Made by a program: the position numbers and the translations under genes. A stretch of 64,000 nucleotides of DNA, taken from Podarcis bocagei (taxonomy: Eukaryota). The DNA lies in NCBI GenBank assembly GCA_964188305.1, contig OZ076886.1; one strand, given 5' to 3'. Shown here in pieces: positions 25,963 through 38,685 of the stretch (within the stretch, counting starts at the first letter, position 1; every line of letters starts with the position of its first letter). The notes under the pieces are model-generated. The model was given only the letters and a program-made list of their open reading frames with translations, searched no databases and was not told where the DNA came from.

Positions 25963-26888
25963 ATTACAGTTTTCCACTAGCCTCCCAGAAGGCCCTGCCT
26001 AAACGAAATGGGACACAAGCTAAAAATCCTTGGGAAACATCCACTCTCCATCATCCATCAGATTCCCTTGAACCTGACTCTGAAGCTCCTTCCACCAGTG
26101 TCCTTGAGGAAGAGGAAGGATTACTTCCTATAAACCAGTCAAAGGGACCTCCTCAGAGCAGCCAAACACCAGACGCTTTTCCTGAAGCACCTAGCCAGGA
26201 CTCATTGTTCTCAATTCTTTTCTCCACAACAACCAGCAGAATGGGTCCAGTGACTGAAACAGCTGCAGACAGGCAAGAGGAAGAATCTGCTCCTGAACAT
26301 GTTTCCTCAGGCTTTGATCTAGGGAGCAGTATGGGACCCAGCCTCTTGCCTCTGTCCTCCATTTTGTCAGCCACTCCGAAAGGACCTCAGCTTGTCTCAG
26401 AGGTCCCTGTCGAGGTTTCTTCAGAAGGTACAGTAAGAGGAGGGGGGGAACTCAGAGAACCCATAGCAACAATAGGTACAGTGGGAGCTGATGTAAAAGA
26501 AGTGGAAACCACAAGAGGGGAGAGGCAAAAGCCCATAGCAGGAGCAGAAATGGGACAAAGAGATTCCATAGAAGGGACAGTGGCCCCAGAAATGTCTACA
26601 GCGGAGAAGACAGGAGATGATTTTCTAAGAGCAGGATCGCATGGGGACAGCACTCTTGTTGCTGAGACGTTTTCTAGGTCTTCTAGCAGCCCATCAAACC
26701 CCAGCTCTTCAGTGGGTTTCTGGGACTGGACTGATAACCCAGCTCCTACTTCCACTTCTACTCCCAGTCAGAATAGAACAAAGCTTCCAGTTGCAGCAAC
26801 TACTGCAGCAGAACGGAGCTTTGCACTGCAAACTGAAGATGTCCACATGGCTGTGCTGTCCACAGGAGTGCCTTGGAGTTTGACACAG
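25963..26888 (+). CDS. PODXL2: PODXL2 coding exon 3: mucin-like Ser/Thr/Pro/Glu-rich domain
   Basis: Acceptor ctctttag|, donor |gtaata, 926 nt, phase 1 to 0. Starts DYSFP (human DYVFP), contains SGFDLGSSMGPSLL and ends VPWSLTQ. Lies within ORF 25929..26924. Confidence 0.93.
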
Positions 26889-29798
26889 GTAATATTCCTT
26901 TGTGTGTGTCTGTGTGCATGTTGAATATTTCAGTTATAATCCAGTGTTTCAAAGGCAAGGGCAAACAACTTGCACACAATTACTTAAATTTCCTTCATGC
27001 TAGTACGAGTGTGAAATGGCCTTTAAATTTTTAAGCAGCAACATAAAAGGCATGAACCTGAAATGCTGTAGAAGTATAGCTGTGCTGAGATGCTGAGGTT
27101 TAGGAGTAACAGCTCTTGAGTCCAGGTTTTATAGTCCAGGAATTTTCAGTTCCTGAATTGTAGGAGACATCCCCTCTTCCTCATTGATTCCATCCAACTG
27201 GATCTTTTTCAGATTTCTTCTATAAAGCATACACTCCTGTTTCATCCAATATCTAGTAAATGGTACTCGGGTATAAAAGGCTCCTCATTTAAACAAGAGG
27301 GAATGTTTTTCTCTTCCTTTGAGCTGTGGGAAATGAACCTTGATTTGCTGCGTTTTAATACATTTTAAAACATTGAAACAAATTCTGTGCGGTAATTGTC
27401 AACGTATTTTATTCCATTGTTAAAGGTTAGAAAAATAATGCTGACAAACAGCTGTATTTCAACCTTGAAGTTAGTTTCAGGGGAATTAATTCTGGTGAAC
27501 ACGCAGTATTATTTTTATACAGAAACTAATATTCTAATCTGCAAAATGAGAAAGTCAATTGGTACTAAAAGGTAGACAATAAGAAAATGCCATGAATATG
27601 AGTCACTTGTGGTGTATTGTGTAGAAGAGGTTTTCCCCACTGGAGCAATGTGGCCTTCAAGTGCATAGTTGTGCATAAGAACAATTAGTGCTCTATGATG
27701 GGTGTGTAGCTTTATATGTGGATGGGTCTTTGAGGACCCCATAGTGAGAATGCATTCATTGAAATGGGCCACTCCTGTGATCAGGCAAGGCATCCTAGCA
27801 TTTAGTTCCATCTGGAAAATAGCAGAGTAGATTTGTCTCTGTCAAAAAAGAAAAGGAGGTGGTGGTGGAATGCCACCCTGGCAATTAGCACAAACTGCCT
27901 CATCATCTTATTGTGTTTGGTAGAGCCAACCAAGGATAGGTTGCGCTACAGAAATAAGTGATACTCCTTCCCAAAGAGGTAGTTCCAGTCTTTCAGTTAA
28001 AGTGTATGTTCGTGACAAGAGAGGAGCAGAGGAAACTTTCTGCTTTTGTCTCTTACTTTTTTTATATGGAGACCATGAAGAATTATGTCATTTTCCCTGA
28101 TAACAAGCAAGCATTTATTTTAAATATTTGTAAGCTGCCCTTCACTTAAAAAAACCTCCTAGGTGCTCATAGCCATAGAAGCAATAATTGCAACCATAGG
28201 ATAAAAACAGCAGAAAAATTAAAAGCATTTCATACAATACAGCTAAAAACCAGCAGCATTAATTAAAAAAAATTCCCACAGTGTTAAAAGATGCTGGATA
28301 ACGTTCTGGAAAGCTGGACAAATAAAATAATTTTCACTCACACTCAGTGCTGGTAGGACATGAGGTTTGGCCCCAGGGAGTTTCCCTAGGAAGGGAATTT
28401 TAAAAATATGCATTTTGATTGAGAAGTCCCTCTTCCTGGTCATCACAACCCTAACGTTACAAGGCAGGGGGACCTGAAGAAGGTCTCTGATGATGAGTGT
28501 AACATTCAGGCAGGCTTGTGTGGAGAAGGTGGTTCTTTAGACATTTCTTTTTAATGCATGCTGCTGAACGTGGGAAAGAATAGACCTTAACTCACTTCTT
28601 TACACAGAATTTAGGCCAAGATTTTGGGAAACAAGATTACTTTCCTATATGCCAGCAAATGCTTGTCAAATATATTATTGCATGCTACCCCAATCTCTGA
28701 GTGGTGAGAGATTCCAGAGGTGCCTGCACTTTACCTAATGTTTGGTTTCCTTAGAATGAAGTGGAGGCTGTGGTGTCTTTAGAATATATGTCTTTATTTA
28801 TACATATATACAATCTGAGCATAGGATGAAGGGTCTCACAGTATTAACACCCCAACAGATCTTGCTTCTCCATTAAGTTTTCACACAAGCTCCCAGGTCA
28901 CAGATCCAACACAGAGCAGATGTGTGTTTGTCTCCAGTATCAGCCAATCCCTCATACCAGCCAGGTGAGGGGAGCAGAAGAAATGCCTAACCCCTCCTGG
29001 ACAGCACCATCACTTAGTTATAGCTCTTGCAACCTAGCTCATTCTTTGAGATCCCGAAGAGAGCACTTAAATAGTCAGCTAATACCATTATATTTCAAAC
29101 TAGTAGCCTCTTCTACTAGATTAGGGCGGTCCAGCTTTTCATACCAAGTGGCCACAAGAGAACTTTGACATGAAACCTGTGGGCTGCTCACTGCTTTGTC
29201 ACGGGGAGTGATGCCAAAATTTGGCTACAACACTCTTCTCTCCCCCCCCCCAGCGCCAAGCCGAATAAACAAGGCGCCAGGCTTTGGAAAGGCGGCATGA
29301 GTTTCTGGCAGGGTCCTAGAGCCCTCCCACCTCCTTCCCAAAGCATTTTAAATATCTCAAAAAAACATTTGATCAGATAAACATGCCGGTACTTGAAAGA
29401 AGTGGGTAAGCTTGACTGAAGCATGTGTGGGAAGGGCAAAAACAAAGGGACAACCAAGATTTGATCCATAATCTGTACTAGTGTCTTCAGAAATGAAGGC
29501 AAGGGGGAGTGCAGCTTATTTGGCAGCCCACTGGAGCCACACCTGCCCCTGTTCAAACATACATCTATCTTCACTCTTAAGCTGTGTACACACAACATTT
29601 TATTCTAGAAACAATGGAGAATAAGCACTTGTTTTCCCCCACATAGTCCACACCGAATCTACGTCTATTGACCTCCCCCCCCCCACGCCCCGCAGCACTT
29701 CTTGAGAAACTGGTTTCATTCTGAAAACAAAATTTCATTGCAGATTGATTCAGCATTACCCTGCAGAGTGTGTCCATTTGAAAAGAGATGTAAGCAAG

Positions 29799-29800
<2 letters not shown>

Positions 29801-29833
<33 letters not shown>
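29801..29833. repeat. (GT)n microsatellite
   Basis: Directly visible. Confidence 0.95.
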
Positions 29834-29836
<3 letters not shown>

Positions 29837-30207
29837 CAACACCTGCCCAATGATGTTGTGAGTGGCCGTTTACCAAGATCGCAATAACTTCTTCATTCAC
29901 CTGGGACATGTGCTGGGAGGAAAAGGCATGGAAGGTTTTCAAACAAGTATCAATCTAGATTGAAAGCAGCATTGTGAGAATGAGCATGAAATATTCTGGA
30001 TTGAGGAAAGCTACATTTTTGTGCTATAAATGGTTTAGTGGTTATACAGCCTTAGACGCCTCATGGTTTCAGCATGAAACCTTGGAATTATGCTGCCAGT
30101 TGGAGAAGTGGTCTAGAAGCACAAGGCAGTTTCATATGTTCACAGGTTTATACTACTTCCCAAATAATTTCCTGCTAAATTCATGGAGTTCTCTGTGTGT
30201 TTTTCAG

Positions 30208-30282
30208 GTGACCTGCAAGGACTGGAGCAACCTGGCAGGCAAAAATTACATAATCTTGAACATGTCTGACAACATTGACTGC
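30208..30282 (+). CDS. PODXL2: PODXL2 coding exon 4: start of Cys-containing globular domain
   Basis: ttttcag| ... |gtgagt, 75 nt; VTCKDWSNLAGKNYIILNMSDNIDC, near-identical to human VICKDWSNLAGKNYIILNMTENIDC. Confidence 0.97.
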
Positions 30283-33200
30283 GTGAGTGGCTTGCTTTTT
30301 TATTAACATTATTTACTACATTTCTGTCCTCTTTTCTTTAAAGCTAAATCCAGATGGCCAACATTCAATGCACTGTGAACAAGTACTAGAATAATAAGTT
30401 ATTGATACTAGCAACTCCACGTGAATTTTTACATGGAAGGAAGTCCCATTAACTTAGTAGGGTTTTGTTGCCAAATAAATGTGCATAGGATTGCAGCCAT
30501 AGTCATCTGTATCTTATTGGAGTAGCATGGGATCCAGCCTTGAGGAAGTGGCAAATACACCCCTCTGGGAATACATGGATCAGGCTTTTTGAAATGTTGA
30601 TGTTGATGAGGTCTCTGAAACAGAGACGTGGATCTTGGCTTTCTCACATCTCATAGGTGACACATAACTGAGATTTGAGAGGGAGCACTCATGTCTGTTT
30701 GAAGTTCTGTAAGAAGCAACCCTGCAACTTGTCTTTCTAGGTAATTACAATGATGTCACATCTAGGAGTATAAAATAATACCCTGATGCTGCCAGAGGAG
30801 ATATTTGATAGGCATGACCAGATAACTAATTTAGGCTAATATGCAGTAAGATTCTGCTTTTGTCAAGCAAAGCAAACATTTATTTCAGTAAACATAATGT
30901 GTAGAATAGTTGATATACCATCTCCAAACCACAGGACTCCAAACTTTAAGCTGCTTATGTACCTGCAAATAACAGTTGCTGCAGATTATTCCCATCTTCA
31001 CAATATATGTACAGTTAGTTGCAGATCTGGCTGCATGCAGTGCCGATTGGCTTACAGTTGTAGTCCCTTCTGACCCCCTCCCTGGAGCAGTTAAAAACCT
31101 ACATTGTGCTTTTCTTTCTTTTTTAAAAAGGTGCTTCTTGAAAATTCACACAATTATCTGTTCATCTGGCACTTTTTTTAAAAGCACAATCCATTTGAGA
31201 ACATTGTTAAATAGCTCCCAGGAGGAAGGGCTACAGCTGTTAGCCAATAAATGCTGTGTAAATGAACTCTGCTGCAAAACCCACAGAACTGGTTTACCTT
31301 ATGCTTTGACCAGGAGGGGAGAAAGTCTGTCTTTCATCAGTGCTGTCAGTATACTTCCAGGGCACAGCAACTTCAGTTTCTTCTGTCTGTCTCTATGTGC
31401 CCATAGAATGAATTTCTGTCTTCGCCTTTAGTCTTCTTATACAACAGCAGAATATTAAGAAGAGGAATAAGCCCATCTGTGAATCCAAGCAACCTATCTT
31501 GTATTTCCTGTACACAATGGCATGCAACATACAAAAGCATATTCTTGTTTTAATGCAAACACAAACAAGACATAATTCATCTTCATGTGTTTTCACACAC
31601 ATACACATGAAAACATTTGACCAGTCCTGACTGGACGGTTGGATTTAACCATTATTATACAGTAGTTCCCAAGGATCTGGATCGGGGTATCCAGTGCTTT
31701 TGTAAGTTATTTAAAAATGAGGTGATTGTACTTCTACACTGATAAAAGTGTTGTGGGTGCCAGCACAAAATGGCTGCCATGGTCAGCAAAAAAAGAAGTG
31801 CCGGTGCTCTGGGGGTAGCCAATGTGGTGCCTTCCTTATGTTGTTGGATTCCAACCCTCATCAGCATGGCCAATGAGAGGAGTCATGGTCCAGTATTAAA
31901 AAGAAGGCACCACACTGGCCACCCTAAGCCAGATGAACCAATAATATATGGCCCTTGCTCCAGTCTCCATCTGTACCTAGACATGTTAATGCCTTGGCAT
32001 CTTAATGCCTTGGCATAGGTGGACCAGAAGGCAAGACACTGACTAAGTGGTGGTGGGTAAGCATAACTGGTGAGTGAATGAACTCGACTGCTGGCTGATT
32101 GAGCTGGCATAGCAAGTTAAACTTACTTTGCTTATTTATTTACTTTTATGGTTTTTTATTCTGCACCTTCATTACTACAGTAGCTCACAAATACTAAAAA
32201 TAAAATAAAATGCAATATTCATAATATGAAAACATACAAAATAAAAACAGGAAAGGACATATCAGTTAAGAATTCAGTTCAGATAAAACCATTTAAAATT
32301 TCAGGTTTTAATGATTCTTAAAAGCCTTGGAAAACAAATATGTTTGTGCCCAAAAGGTGTCACATAGGTAACAGACAAGCCTTGGGAAGGGTATTCTAAT
32401 GGTGAGGAGTCACCAACTCCCATACCTCAGATGGTGACAGCACCTGGAACAAGGCTTTGGATGACAATCTTAAAAGACTTGACAGAACTGCTAGATTGGT
32501 GGGCAATTAGCTAGGTGGGCTACAAGCTTATTCAGCTAGTGAAGTTTTTATTAATAAAGGTGGATCGCCTCCTGTATGAAAACCAGCAATTTATGTGTTT
32601 GGGCTTACACGTAGGCAGAAGCCACTGGAATTACATTACTAAAATAACACTATGATGATGATAAACAACAGTAACACTAAGAACAAAATATTATTAATAA
32701 TAATAATAATAGCAAGCAGACATTTTCTGCCTGAACCATCCAGAAGGAGAAAAAATATGGTTATTAGTCTTTTCTATTATTTTAAAGTTGTTTCTCCTAT
32801 TTGGGGCTGGTTTAGTATTTGAAGTTTAAACTATTGAAACACAAAGGAGATGTTAACTTAGAGCTCTATTTTTGCAGAGTTTTAGTTAGAGAAAATAAAT
32901 AGTAATCAGCTGTTGATTCAGAACAAATAGAAAACTTCTGCAGGCATTCTGATAATTTTAAATTCACATGATGGAAGGATACCAGGTATCTGTAGTGAGA
33001 GACAGAGAGAAAATGTGCATTTACTTGGCTGGTTGTAATAACTGGCTCATTAAACTTATTAAGAGTTAGCTAATTTTGTTCTAATAGTTATAGAAAGAAA
33101 CCTGGCTTATTTTTCCCTGTTAGTTACAGAAAAATCAGATAATGTTCTTTTTTACACATTCACACTTATGTGCCAAAGGGTTAAGGTATTCCTTTATTGT

Positions 33201-34329
33201 TGCTTCAATGATGCTAGAAATAAAAGCAAACAATTCCCAGTGTGAGTGGTTCAGAGTTCCAGCCTGCTGCCACTAAATCTTCTTTAAGTGCCTCTTTTGC
33301 TTCCCTGTTATCTTGTTTACTATCTAGTGTCTGTTAACCAGACACATTCCTCTAATCCATTACTCTTCCATCAATCCCATAAAGCTGCAGTTAATTGATG
33401 ATCTAAAGTCCCTTTTCTGTTAAAGATCTCCATTCATAAGAATGTGTAATGGAGCTGTTTATGAGAAACCTTTCTCTTTTTATAGTAGTGGTGAGGAAGT
33501 CCTTTAAAAAATTGTGAAAATGAGGTCAAAACTGTATTTCATAATTTTAAAAATAGAACACCCCTTATCTAACCCTCTCTAGAGCAGAAATTTATTTCAA
33601 TTTTATTGTGGATATGCTTTATTTCCCCTGGCAGTCTACTACTACTGTGTTTAAGGGCCTTAGAAATCTGCATGTCATATTTAGCAGCCTGCCACAGAAT
33701 TGAGTCATATATACAGAACTCTGACTATATTCAGGTTTTTTTAAAGTAGGGACGTTCTTGTTCTCATGGTTGTGAAGAATAGCTTGAATAGATTGGTGCG
33801 GGTCCTGTTTAAACTGCCTTTTCTGCCAAGGTTGTGGCTGCTGCCGATTTTGAGCTGCTTGGTAGAAATGAAATATCTTATTTCTCAGTTATCATATCTC
33901 AATCCTGATAGAAAACTCAGTTCTTAGAGTGCATATATACACACACAGGAGAGAGGTAGCAGCAGGTTTTGGAGACGCCCAAGGTTTGCAAAAGTGGAGA
34001 AAAAGTAGAAGTTGGCCCCCCTTCCCAAAACTGCCCAAGGAGAACTGAATATGCTAAACAGAATTTGTTTGACTGCTGGACGGGAGGGAGAAAAGGAAAA
34101 CCAGGGGGTGAGGTGGAAAGACATGGAATAACCTGAAAGGAGTCATGGCTTGCTGGCTAAAACAAAATGAACTTCAAATCAAGATGGTGTCTAAAAGATG
34201 GAGCATTTCTGTCTTTTCAGTACATGTCATATGGAGCTAGTGGCAGTAGAAATTCCTTTTTAAAGATCACCAAATCCGATCGAACAATTGTTCAGTTACT
34301 TTCTAAATACATTATGCTGTCTGAATATA

Positions 34330-34824
34330 ACTGTGCTTAGCACCATCCTCATGCTGTCTGATATATCCTGGGCCTGACAGCACTAGCTGCCAATTTGTTT
34401 CTGGGCCTAATTAAAAGTGCTGGTTTTGACCTATAAATCCTTAAACGGCTCAGGAACGCAATACTTCAAGGCCTGCCTCTCTCCATATGAACCATCCTGG
34501 ACCCTGTGATCATCATCTGGGACCCATCTTCATGTGACCCCCTCCATGAGTGGTCTGGAGGGTAGCAACACGAGAATGGGCCTTTTCTGTAGTGGCTCCC
34601 CATTCGTGGAATGCTCTCCCCAGGGAGGCTTACCTGGCACCTTCGTTACATACATTTAGGCACCAGGCAAAAAGCATTCCTCTTCTCCCAAGTCTTTGGC
34701 TAATTAAACAACCCAAGGCCTTTTAAACTTTTTCAGTGGGGGTTACTGTTTTTGTTTATTGCTATGTTATATATTTTTGTGTTTCACCCTGTGATCTTTG
34801 GGTGAAGGGTTGCATAGAAATGTA

Positions 34825-34882
<58 letters not shown>
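34330..34882 (+). mobile_element. Degenerate L2 LINE 3' end with (TAT)n tail
   Basis: Relic of HWLP...KVLVLTYKSLNGSG (aaagtgctggttttgacctataaatccttaaacggctcagg), gccttttctgtagtggctccc, then the microsatellite at ~34824-34882. Confidence 0.75.
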
Positions 34883-34884
<2 letters not shown>

Positions 34885-36311
34885 ACATGTATAAAAGCAC
34901 TGGTGCTTTCCCCTCGTTTCTTTTTGTGCAACTCATGTGAATGGAAAGACTATTTCCCTGTATGCAATTTTTTTTGACTCATGCTAAAGAACTTTGCATG
35001 GTTAATCTGAACTCTGGTCTGTTGGGTGGCTGCTTGGAGAGGCATCATTTATGCTATGGTTATAGTTGTGTGGCCCCAAGCTTGTTGCCCCTGAGGGGCC
35101 TTAACACCTATGTCCTCTCTCCATTCCCCTTTTGACAAGTTATTTGCCTGGCCGTGGCAACATAAGTTTTCCTCAGCTGGCGTCCATAACCTTCGCCTTG
35201 TGAGGTGCGGTGCTGATGGGTCTTTGTGACTCAGGCCTGACTCCTTCTTGTCTTTCCCAATTAGGCCTGTGCCTGCCCTGAGCGCTTGAGGTTGCCATAG
35301 CAACCAGCACTGCTAGCTCGTATTAATAATCTGGGTGGCCTTTAGGTTGGCACAGCAACTGAACAAGAATAGAAAGGGAGAAGTGGGAGAGGTGCTGCCA
35401 AGCGATGTGCATCATGTCAGTAGAAAAGGACCATTCCTATTTGACCTACAATCTGAGCTGAATGATGAGGCCCCTGGACTTTTATAAACACTTTTATTAC
35501 TCTTTGTATCTTTCCATTCCTCCAAAGAGCTTGGTGGGAGATGTACATAGGATCCAAGTGATTTCTGACCCCGGCTTGTTTACCTCAAAGCATCAGGCAC
35601 CTCTGGATTCTTATACATTTACTGTGATGCTATTTCTTTCCTTATAGTGGGGGCTGAGTTTTTAAGGTGTTTTTTTTCCTATGTGATTTTCCTTCTCCCC
35701 AACATTTCAGGTGACAATGTTCCATTTTGATATAAAACCCATTTCTGCAGCTGGAAAACTAAAATTAATAAGTAAGTAAGAAAGAGTTTGAATTTTCCAG
35801 TTAACAGAAATGGGTTTTATATCAAAATGGAATATTGCCACCTGAAATGTGACTTCAAGGTGAATAAATTCTCTTCATACAGGAAGCCAAGATTATGCAA
35901 CCAGATAGTATGAAATGAATTAAATGAACTTTTGGTGAAATTAGGACTATGAAACTGGGTTGCAAGTAAATCTGCATTTTGAAAATGGCAGCAACTAAGA
36001 TGGACATACCACGCGAGGGCATTATTAGGGAGCACAAGAGGAAAATATTTGAACAGTAGGTGTTTGCAGGAAGAAAACGGGAATTGTAGTAAAGGAGTGG
36101 TTTGGTCTGCAAAGTGTCATTGCTGTTATCCAATATCCTCCATAGGCTTGGCCTTGAGACTGACCTAGGTCTCCTTTCCTGAAAACCTTCACCCAAACCC
36201 ACAGGCTTCCCCCCCCCCCCGCAGACAGGTTTGGTAGGGTGGGAGGAGTGTCTGAATTCAGTGGGATGCACGGCTTCTGTTTAAGAGACTGACAAATGTT
36301 CTTTTTTGCAG

Positions 36312-36468
36312 GAGGACTTCCGTGTGGAGAGGGGCCTTCAGTTGCTGGCACTGGTGGATGATGCTTTCTCCAGGTATGAAAATGGATTGCAAGGCCAATG
36401 GTTGATCTCCTTAAGCAAACCCAATGAGAACGACAAACATCTGCTAATGACCTTGGCTGGAGAACATG
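36312..36468 (+). CDS. PODXL2: PODXL2 coding exon 5
   Basis: ttttgcag| ... |gtaagt, 157 nt; EDFRVERGLQLLALVDDAFSRYENGLQGQWLISLSKPNENDKHLLMTLAGEH(G). Not in the ORF track; read manually. Confidence 0.95.
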
Positions 36469-36848
36469 GTAAGTTGTTATAGAAGGGCAAAAGATCTGAA
36501 GAATGTCTCACTATACTTTTGATGGCTCCAATCTTTGTGTGCTATTTCTCAATCTTCCTCCATGTTTGCTTCTTATTTCCTTTCCTAGGGCAACCTGTGA
36601 TTCACAGATAACACTTTTGTCTCTCCATCCAAGTTTCTGAACTCTACTCGATGCCTTTAAAATAGCTACCACTTCTTTAGAGAGGAAATTATTATGCTGA
36701 TAATATTATTTATTCAGTTTTTATACCACCTTTCCTCCAAAGAAGCCCAGAGCAGCAAATTTGTCAGTATTAAAACATTACAATAAAAATTCTAACAGTT
36801 AAAAGCAACCTTTTAAAAACAGTTTTAAAATTCTTAAAGCAATCACCT

Positions 36849-36975
36849 TGGCTCAGTCGGTAGAGCATGTGACTGAAGTTCGTTGGTTCGAGCCCCGCGT
36901 TGGGCAAAGATTCCTGCATTGCAGGAAGTTGGACTAGATGACTCTCATGCTCCCTCCAACTCTACAATTTTATGA
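36849..36975 (+). mobile_element. tRNA-derived SINE with CR1-like tail
   Basis: A box TGGCTCAGTCGG, B box GGTTCGAGCC, then gggcaaagattcctgcattgcagg and CR1-type tail ttggactagatga...ccaactctacaattttatga. Confidence 0.8.
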
Positions 36976-37349
36976 CCTACTCTCACAACTAACAGTTTAT
37001 GGGTGGCTAGCCAAAAACAGATTCTAGAATGTGATAGCTAACACCCGTCCCTTAGTTATATGGTGCTGTGGTTGCCAGAAGTTTCTTATTTTAAGAAAAA
37101 CCCAGTTGCAAAGACATATTGATAGGCTCACGCTGAGTAGGCATCCAAGCAGGGAGAAGATAGCTAGCGCTCACAGCAGTGGCAATTGGGTATGCAAGTT
37201 TGGAACATGTTATGGTTAATATATGAGTGGCACCACAAGCAGTGTCCCGTGTCACTTTTTCTCTATAATCTCCCCCATAACATTTTAGTAGGGCAAAACA
37301 GTGGAACATGATGTCAGTGTTTCCCCACTGAAACATGGCTGCAAGTATA

Positions 37350-37591
37350 CAGTGGTACCTCGGGTTAAGTACTTAATTCGTTCCGGAGGTCCGTTCTTAA
37401 CCTGAAGCTGTTCTTAACCTGAAGCACCACTTTAGCTAATGGGGCCTCCTGCTGCCGCCGTGCCGCCGGAGCACAATTTCTGTTCTCATCCTGAAGCAAA
37501 GTTCTTAACCTGAAGCACTATTTCTGGGTTAGCAGAGTCTGTCACCTGAAGCATATGTAACCTGAAGCGTATGTAGCCCGAGGTACCACTG
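37350..37591. mobile_element. Tc1/mariner (pogo/Tigger-like) MITE, 242 bp, inverted relative to 10271-10512
   Basis: TA|CAGTGGTACCTCGGG ... CCCGAGGTACCACTG|TA; the body is the reverse complement of the 10271 copy (e.g. gcaccactttagctaatggggcctcctgctgcc). Confidence 0.9.
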
Positions 37592-38282
37592 TATCTGTGT
37601 GCATGTATGTATAATTCTTAATGCTTTATTATTTCAAATTTGCAATGGGCAACATTTCAATAAAACTGGCACCATTACTGCCACACCAAATGCAATGTCT
37701 TGGTTCAGTGGAACTGTCGCAGTGGTGGGTCTCTGTGAAACCATTTAAGTGAGCAAAGGAAGAGTTTCTCTGCTTTGCTACCCCCACCAAGTTGATTACT
37801 TCCAAGGCTACTCAACTTAGAATATTTCAGTCACTCTGTTGCGCTACCTTTCTTGAGATTTGTCCAGAGAGAGACCAAGCAGCCACCAGTGCTGCTACTC
37901 AATCTGAGAATCCCTGTTAAGTGTCTCGATGCCTCTTGGCCTGAGGCTTCTCAGTCCACTTTGGTCTCTATGGAAACAACACACAGTAATGTGCTTCCTT
38001 TGCGGCCATAAGCCTAGGATGCTCTAGGACATATGGTGTTTATTTTGTTTTATTCATTAGAACATTCCATCCGTTTTGAGACAGCATACAACAAATACTA
38101 AAGACATAACATCTACATGAAAATAAAAACATAAAAAGGAAAATGCAGCAGGTGATCTGTGTGAAATATATAATAATATGTAGTAATATTGAAACACACT
38201 AGCCTTGGGCTGCCAAGACAGTCCCTGCATCCCTGCCTTGAGGCAGTTCAGGGGAAAGAGAAGCGTTGTTTAGATCCCCATT

Positions 38283-38685
38283 AATCATAGAATCATAGAG
38301 TTGGAAGAGACCACAAGGGCCATCGAGTCCAACCCCCTGCCAAGCAGGAAACCCCATCAGAGCACTCCTGACATATGGTTGTCAAGCCTCTGCTTAAAGA
38401 TCTCCAAAAAAGGAGACTCCACCACACTCCTTGGCAGCAAATTCCACTGTCAAACAGCTCTTACTGTCAGGAAGTTCTTCCTAATGTTTAGGTGGAATCT
38501 TCTTTCTTGTAGTTTGGATCCATTGCTCCGTGTCCGCTTCTCTGGAGCAGCAGAAAACAACCTTTCTCCCTCCTCTATGTGACATCCTTTTATATATTTG
38601 AACATGGCTATCATATCACCCCTTAACCTCCTCTTCTCCAGGCTAAACATGCCCAGCTCCCTTAGCCATTCCTCATAAGGCATCG
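38283..38685 (-). mobile_element. CR1 LINE 3' end (5'-truncated, relatively young)
   Basis: ORF2 C-terminus YEEWLRELGMFSLEKRRLRGDMIAMFKYIKG...RTRSNGSKL...RKNFLTVRAV; (ATTCTATG)n tail seen as aatcatagaatcatag; possible TTAAT TSD. Confidence 0.93.

Noticed and set aside
36309-36314. NAGNAG alternative acceptors (CAGGAG here, TAGGAG at 40137-40142)
   Set aside because: Distal GAG acceptors are rarely used, and homology supports the proximal AG.
36849-36905. tRNA gene
   Set aside because: Anticodon/variable region is partly deleted, no acceptor stem, and it runs into a CR1-like tail, so it is a SINE head.
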